Below are positions 49,038-53,735 of a DNA stretch of 53,735 nt, in pieces. The translations under genes were made by a program, and so were the position numbers. The DNA comes from Octopus bimaculoides (Eukaryota). Each line of letters starts with the position of its first letter. Position 1 is the stretch's first letter. The stretch covers positions 81,979,721-82,033,455 of the forward strand of contig NC_068990.1 in assembly GCF_001194135.2 (NCBI RefSeq), written 5' to 3'. The notes below the pieces were generated by a model. That model searched no databases and was not told the origin of the DNA. It saw only the letters and a program-made list of their open reading frames with translations.

Positions 49038-49163
49038 GAGAAATGTCATCAGTACTGGCCTAGTGAGAGATCTGCTCGTTACCAATATTTTGTTGTAGAT
49101 CCAATGGCAGAATACAACATGCCTCAGTATATCCTTCGAGAATTCAAAGTTACTGATGCTAGG
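49038..49163 (+). CDS. Lar: Lar exon 22, D2: [42 protein letters not shown]
   Basis: ttttctcaacag acceptor, G|GTATTT donor, 126 nt, phase 0-0. Confidence 0.97.
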
Positions 49164-49724
49164 GTATTTATTTTTTATTCATTGCTCTTTACTGTGAGTG
49201 TATGTTTGTATATGTGTCAATAAGGGTGTATAGCCACTATCTGAGTTGAATATAATTTCAGTCATTATTAATGAATTGTCTATGTATGTATGTGCATATG
49301 AGAGAGGTTCAAAGTGTAACCCTACATTTTCCTACTAATTAGCTTACTTTATGTAATTTAACTAACTACATATTCCATAAACTCTTAGCCTCGTTACTAA
49401 AATCTATTGTAAGAACCCTGAATAATATAATTGTTGAATAATATTCCTTTTGCAGTTTTAATTGATATATGCTAATTAATTAATTAGGTTTAATTGCAAG
49501 TCTATTTTGATTATCTTTAATCACTAATAAATTAGTTAATTGTATTCTAACTTTGTCAGCTTGTGTTTGAGTGTATATGTGATCAATAGTGTGTGTTCAT
49601 ATTTTGTTAATTTTTTCTTTTTTATTCATTTCATCCATCAGGCTATTAACCATGCTGGAGTACAGCCATGGTATATCAGTGGTTGACTTTGACTTTTTTT
49701 TAAAAAGGATATCAATATTAAAAG

Positions 49725-49980
49725 TCAAGCATGGATTCTATGATGCTTGCGTGTGAAGTGTGCTGCTAGGTGGCAGTGAGATGTAGGCCTTGGATGTAGA
49801 AAATAGGGGAAGACTTGGAAAGAAATGAGGTGAACCTGTTCTGCTGGATGTATGAATATTTGTGTGCATGAATGGCATAGGAATGAACTAACAAAACAAA
49901 CTGGTGTAAGAGGAATCTGATGTAGTGTGCCAGACTGCATTGGTATTGCATGTGATGCACGTGGGGGATGACAACTTTTT
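49725..49980 (+). mobile_element. RTE-clade LINE remnant (RT C-terminal region)
   Basis: FYDACV*SVLLGGSEM* resembles LY.ACVRSVLLYGSETW, followed by ERNE..L.WM and RLHWY..HVM (RLRWYGHV-like). Confidence 0.65.
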
Positions 49981-49999
49981 GCCCTCTTATTTGCTGTCA

Positions 50000-50000
<1 letters not shown>

Positions 50001-50039
<39 letters not shown>
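50001..50039. repeat. (AAT)13 perfect microsatellite
   Basis: Direct reading. Confidence 0.97.
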
Positions 50040-50041
<2 letters not shown>

Positions 50042-50049
50042 TGATGCTG

Positions 50050-50520
50050 ATGATAGTAAAAATCTTGTGAGATGCAATGATTCAGTGTGATCACCTGACC
50101 AGACATTGTTGTGGTGAAGAAAGAGCATGCTTGATAACTGACATAGCATGACCCAGTGACAACAGGATCAAAGAGAAAGAGGAAGAAAGGCTGAACAACT
50201 ACAACGATTTGAAGTGGGAAATGCGAAGGTTGTGGTCAACAAAGATAGTAGACATGATACCAGTAGTATGTAATTGGTGCATTTGGAAGTATCAGCACTC
50301 AACTACCAACATGGCTCAAAAAGATCGGTGCAAATGTAAAGGTAGAACACCTACAAAAATCATGATTGCTTGGAACTGCAAGAGTTCTTTGCAGGGTTCT
50401 TGAAGCATGACCAGTAAACAGTTGTCATCTTAGTCTGCTGGCTGTGGCAGCTGACACTTTCCATCATACCCAGCAAAATAAGCTGTGAGTTTTCATCAAA
50501 TAATAATGATAATAATAATA
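50050..50520 (+). mobile_element. 5'-truncated R4/Dong-like non-LTR retrotransposon 3' end (restriction-like endonuclease)
   Basis: KIL*D..IQCD, PDIVVVKKE, CLITDIA*PSD.RIKEKEEERLNNYNDLKWEMRRLW, IPVV/IGAFG, HLQKS*LLGTARVLCRVLEA*; stop at 50408-50410, then short UTR and TAA-rich tail. Confidence 0.82.
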
Positions 50521-50716
50521 TTTTCTACTATAGGCACAAGGTCTGAAATTCTGTGAAAAGGGATAAGTCAAGGACGTAGACTCCAGGGACCAACTAGTAC
50601 TTATTTTATTGACCCCAAAAGGATGACAGGCAAAAAATCAACCTTGGTGGAATTTGAACTCAGAATGTAAAGTTGGATGAAATGCTTCGCTAACGATTGT
50701 GCCAGCTTGCTACCTT
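50521..50716 (-). mobile_element. SINE family A, near full length, antisense
   Basis: AGTACTTATTTTATTGACCCCAAAAGGATGA...GGTGGAATTTGAACTCAGAA...GCCAGCTTGCTACCTT. Confidence 0.85.
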
Positions 50717-51205
50717 CATAATATTAATAATAATAATTATAATAATAATAGTTGTTTTAGTTGTTGTTGTAAAGGTTGGTGATAGGGTTAGGATTGGCAT
50801 AGGGAATTGTTCAGTACCACCCAGTTTTGGGTGTTTAATTCTTCATTGCCTACCCTCTTTTATAGTTGTTGTTGTTGTTGTTGTTTCACTCCAGGTGAGC
50901 CTTGTTTGAGCACACATGTATTTGATGACATCCCATTCTTGACCCTGCCATCTTTTTTGTATATCAAAGATTTCATTTCCAATGTGTCTTAATAGACAGG
51001 TTTATTACCTCACTTGGAACCATGTAGTTATTGGCACAGGAAGGACATCTGGTTGAAGAAAACAACCCCAACATACTTTCATCTAACCCATACCAGTAGG
51101 GAAAATTAGATGTTAAAGTGATGATGATATATTGCATTCGTACCTATGGTAGAAATTATTCTCATAACTTATTTTGCATATAGGGCCCTCACATATTCCA
51201 ATGTG

Positions 51206-51207
<2 letters not shown>

Positions 51208-51255
<48 letters not shown>

Positions 51256-51293
51256 ATATATATACACATATATATATATATACACACACACAT

Positions 51294-51337
<44 letters not shown>

Positions 51338-51350
51338 CTTGCACACATAT
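51208..51350. repeat. Compound (TA)n/(CA)n/(TG)n microsatellite ending about 28 nt before the exon 23 acceptor
   Basis: Direct reading. Confidence 0.93.
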
Positions 51351-51378
51351 ACATCTAATATATATGAATTTGTTCTAG

Positions 51379-51533
51379 GATGGACAATCGCGAACTGTAA
51401 GACAATTCCAGTTCACTGACTGGCCTGAGCAAGGAGTGCCTAAGTCTGGTGAAGGATTCATTGATTTTATTGGGCAAGTTCACAAAACCAAAGAACAGTT
51501 CGGTCAAGATGGCCCAATCACTGTACACTGCAG
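51379..51533 (+). CDS. Lar: Lar exon 23, D2 WPE loop: [27 protein letters not shown]...DGPITVHC(S)
   Basis: ttgttctag acceptor with CTAAT branch-like motif at 51355, AG|GTATGT donor, 155 nt, phase 0-2. Confidence 0.97.
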
Positions 51534-51689
51534 GTATGTCTTTCTCTTTCTCTGTCTCTCCCTCTCTCTCTCTCTTTGTCATTCAACTTTATTTGATCAA
51601 GCTACATTTTTTCTTTCTCTCTCCTTATATTTCATTTCTCTTTATATTTGAAGACTGAGTCATTTTCTGATCTCTGTTTCTCTCTGTAG

Positions 51690-51825
51690 TGCGGGAGTTG
51701 GAAGGACTGGTGGTTTTATTACATTAAGCATTGTGCTCGAAAGAATGAGGTATGAAGGTGTGGTGGACATGTTCCAAACGGTGAAGATGCTCCGGACACA
51801 AAGGCCAGCCATGGTACAAACAGAG
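51690..51825 (+). CDS. Lar: Lar exon 24, D2: (S)[45 protein letters not shown] (absent from ORF track)
   Basis: tctctctgtag acceptor, GAG|GTACAG donor, 136 nt, phase 2-0. The expected terminal exon (DQY..CY.AALEYLGSFD) was not found in 51826-53735. Confidence 0.96.
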
Positions 51826-53006
51826 GTACAGTAACTGATTTTGTAATTTCTTTCTCCGTGTAGGGTTTTTTGTTGTTTGGTGCTCTTGTTCTGTATTCAT
51901 ATTCTCTAACTGAAAGATTTATCCACATCATCTAGTTTAACACTAACATTAACCTAGTTTGTAGGTTCCTTTTTTGAACCAGATTCCCAGCTCCTACAAA
52001 TGCTGTGGTTAGGCTTGTAAAAAGTGATAGACACTGCCACTTCTCTCTTGACTTGTAAGAAAGACTATAAAAGAGCTATATCTCTTTACAGACTGTAGCT
52101 TTGTGTTTTGCTTCAGTAAATGTGATTTGTAAAGTGTTATATATTGTTATATTAAAAGCCTATAAATGCACTATTGCTGTATTTACTTCTAGCTTTTTGT
52201 TATATTTCCCCAAAATTTTCCTTTCAGTTTTCTAGTGACCTTGATGGCTTTAGATTTTCAAATGATTGATTTTTCTTTTGTGTTATGCTGTGAAGTTTCA
52301 TCTCTAGCTGGTGTGTGAGCTGTCATGCTTATTGGTAAATCTAAACCCATTGAGAATAGTATTACAGGAAAAAGATGATGAAAATTTTTTGGAAAATATA
52401 TCTAAAAACAAAAGAATGAACAACTACTAGTGTGTATTTGACTCTTTCAAAATATAGCAAAGTATCTGATGATTTCCTTGAAATCCTTAGTAAAGGGTTT
52501 GCTATAAATTCTTTTAGCAGTTTCTTTTATTGACTTCACAAGATTCCTTCATTAGTTTGTTTAGCCACACACTAAAGTGCAACTGGTTCAGTATTGAAAG
52601 ACCTTTTGCTTTACTATTTGCCTGAAGTTAAATCCTGCTAGACTCCACTTCCCATACATCTCTGCCTGGGTTTCCTATAAAATAAGAATGTATAGTATTT
52701 TAGCATTTGGTTCATCATTCCCACCCAACGACATGTGGTGAATCAATAATTTTTATTTTACTAGAATCATTTTTATCTTTTTTCTGTAATTGGGTAAAAC
52801 AAACGAAATCTCTCACCTGCAATGTCTTCATCTTCTGGGAGAGAGAAAAACTGCTGTTTTCTGAACAAATTTCAATATCAATTAGAGAAGATCCAGAGTG
52901 GCATTTGCATGATTTACTCACCTGAAATGTGAGCAAAAGTGAATTCAGTCTTCATTTATATGAAACAAAACTTAGTGACCTTATGATGAGAATGTTTTAC
53001 ATTATA

Positions 53007-53216
53007 CAGGGTGTCCACAAAGTCTGGGTACATGGGGATTAACACATACTTTAAGAAATTATTATTTCTTATATTTAATTGTTTATGTTGATTTTATTTA
53101 CTCCATGTACCCACATGGGGATTAACACATGCTTTAAGAAATTATTATTTCTTATATATAATTGTTTATGTTATGATTTTATTTACTCCGTGTACCCAGA
53201 CTTTGTGGACACCCTG
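53007..53216. mobile_element. Second copy of the same MITE, two internal tandem units
   Basis: Same TIR and TA flanks; units start at 53031 and 53114. Confidence 0.92.
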
Positions 53217-53735
53217 TATAATTATAAAATTAAATTGATATGTTTTATATATATATTTATGGATTTATGTAGAAGCAAATTCAATGACCCAGTTTTCAGT
53301 GATATAACAGTTTTTAATAGCATAATTATTACCATGCTATTATTAAGAGTACCCAACCATAGAAAATCTGTCTCAATGAGTTTCATTTGAGTCACGCGAG
53401 TATGAAAAAGTGAACATTAAAATGATCATGATGATATTAAATTGAATTTTCATGTCTGTTAAATCCCAAATAAGCTCTAGTTGAAACCTATGGTGAAAGA
53501 AATTCCAGCCTTGGTCAAGCTGTCCTTTTATATATCCGGGATTGTATTATCTTTTGTGTCCTTTCTGCTTTTGAAGTTGGTTGTGTATGGTCTTATACTT
53601 TTCACAAATGCACTCACGAAAAAGAAACACAAAAAAAAAACCTAAACTTTAAATGTGGGATCATAACAAGAATTACAAAACATTTGCTCTAAAAGAATTG
53701 AATTTAGGAAAAAAAATAAGTCATTTTCTGTTTTT

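Larger units (their letters stand above)
4663..51825 (+). other. Lar: Partial gene model: LAR-family receptor protein tyrosine phosphatase, 24 coding exons, 5' and last exons outside window
   Basis: All 24 exons have AG/GT boundaries with compatible phases and total 4436 nt with no stop. The domain order FN3 x7, TM, D1, D2 and motifs [47 protein letters not shown] match PTPRF/PTPRD/PTPRS and Drosophila Lar as I recall them. Confidence 0.97.

Noticed and set aside
49035-49040. NAGNAG acceptor CAG|GAG at exon 22
   Set aside because: Distal GAG acceptors are rarely used and the Glu is conserved in LAR proteins
51826-53735. Final Lar coding exon and polyadenylation site
   Set aside because: No DQY...EYLGSFD-like coding sequence found; AATAAA-like motifs are uninformative at this AT content

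Overview
This is AT-rich, microsatellite-dense animal genomic DNA with five N-gaps. The repeat families and microsatellite load suggest an octopus or other coleoid cephalopod, which is an inference. Nearly the whole window is the 3' part of one + strand gene, a LAR-family (type IIa) receptor protein tyrosine phosphatase (Lar; PTPRF/PTPRD/PTPRS-like). I traced 24 GT-AG coding exons from 4663 to 51825 (4436 nt, about 1478 codons) that join into one stop-free frame. They encode seven fibronectin type III repeats, a membrane-proximal region, a transmembrane helix, a juxtamembrane segment, an intact D1 phosphatase and a D2 pseudo-phosphatase. The 5' exons (Ig domains, first FN repeats) and the final coding exon lie outside the window. 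The introns hold several tRNA-derived SINE families (three copies with clear 12-16 bp target-site duplications), Penelope-like, RTE and R4/Dong-like retroelement remnants, mariner and Tc1 remnants, and MITEs. I found no prokaryotic-type system, CRISPR array or RNA gene, and no new system is demonstrated. The best leads are a candidate 8-nt poison microexon before the phosphatase domains, an inverted SINE pair around the D1 catalytic exon, a Dong-like element inside a SINE-derived (AAT)n tract, a MITE with an internally amplified repeat, and a piggyBac-like MITE with a non-canonical target site. All alignments were by eye and repeat boundaries are approximate unless a TSD or TIR is given.
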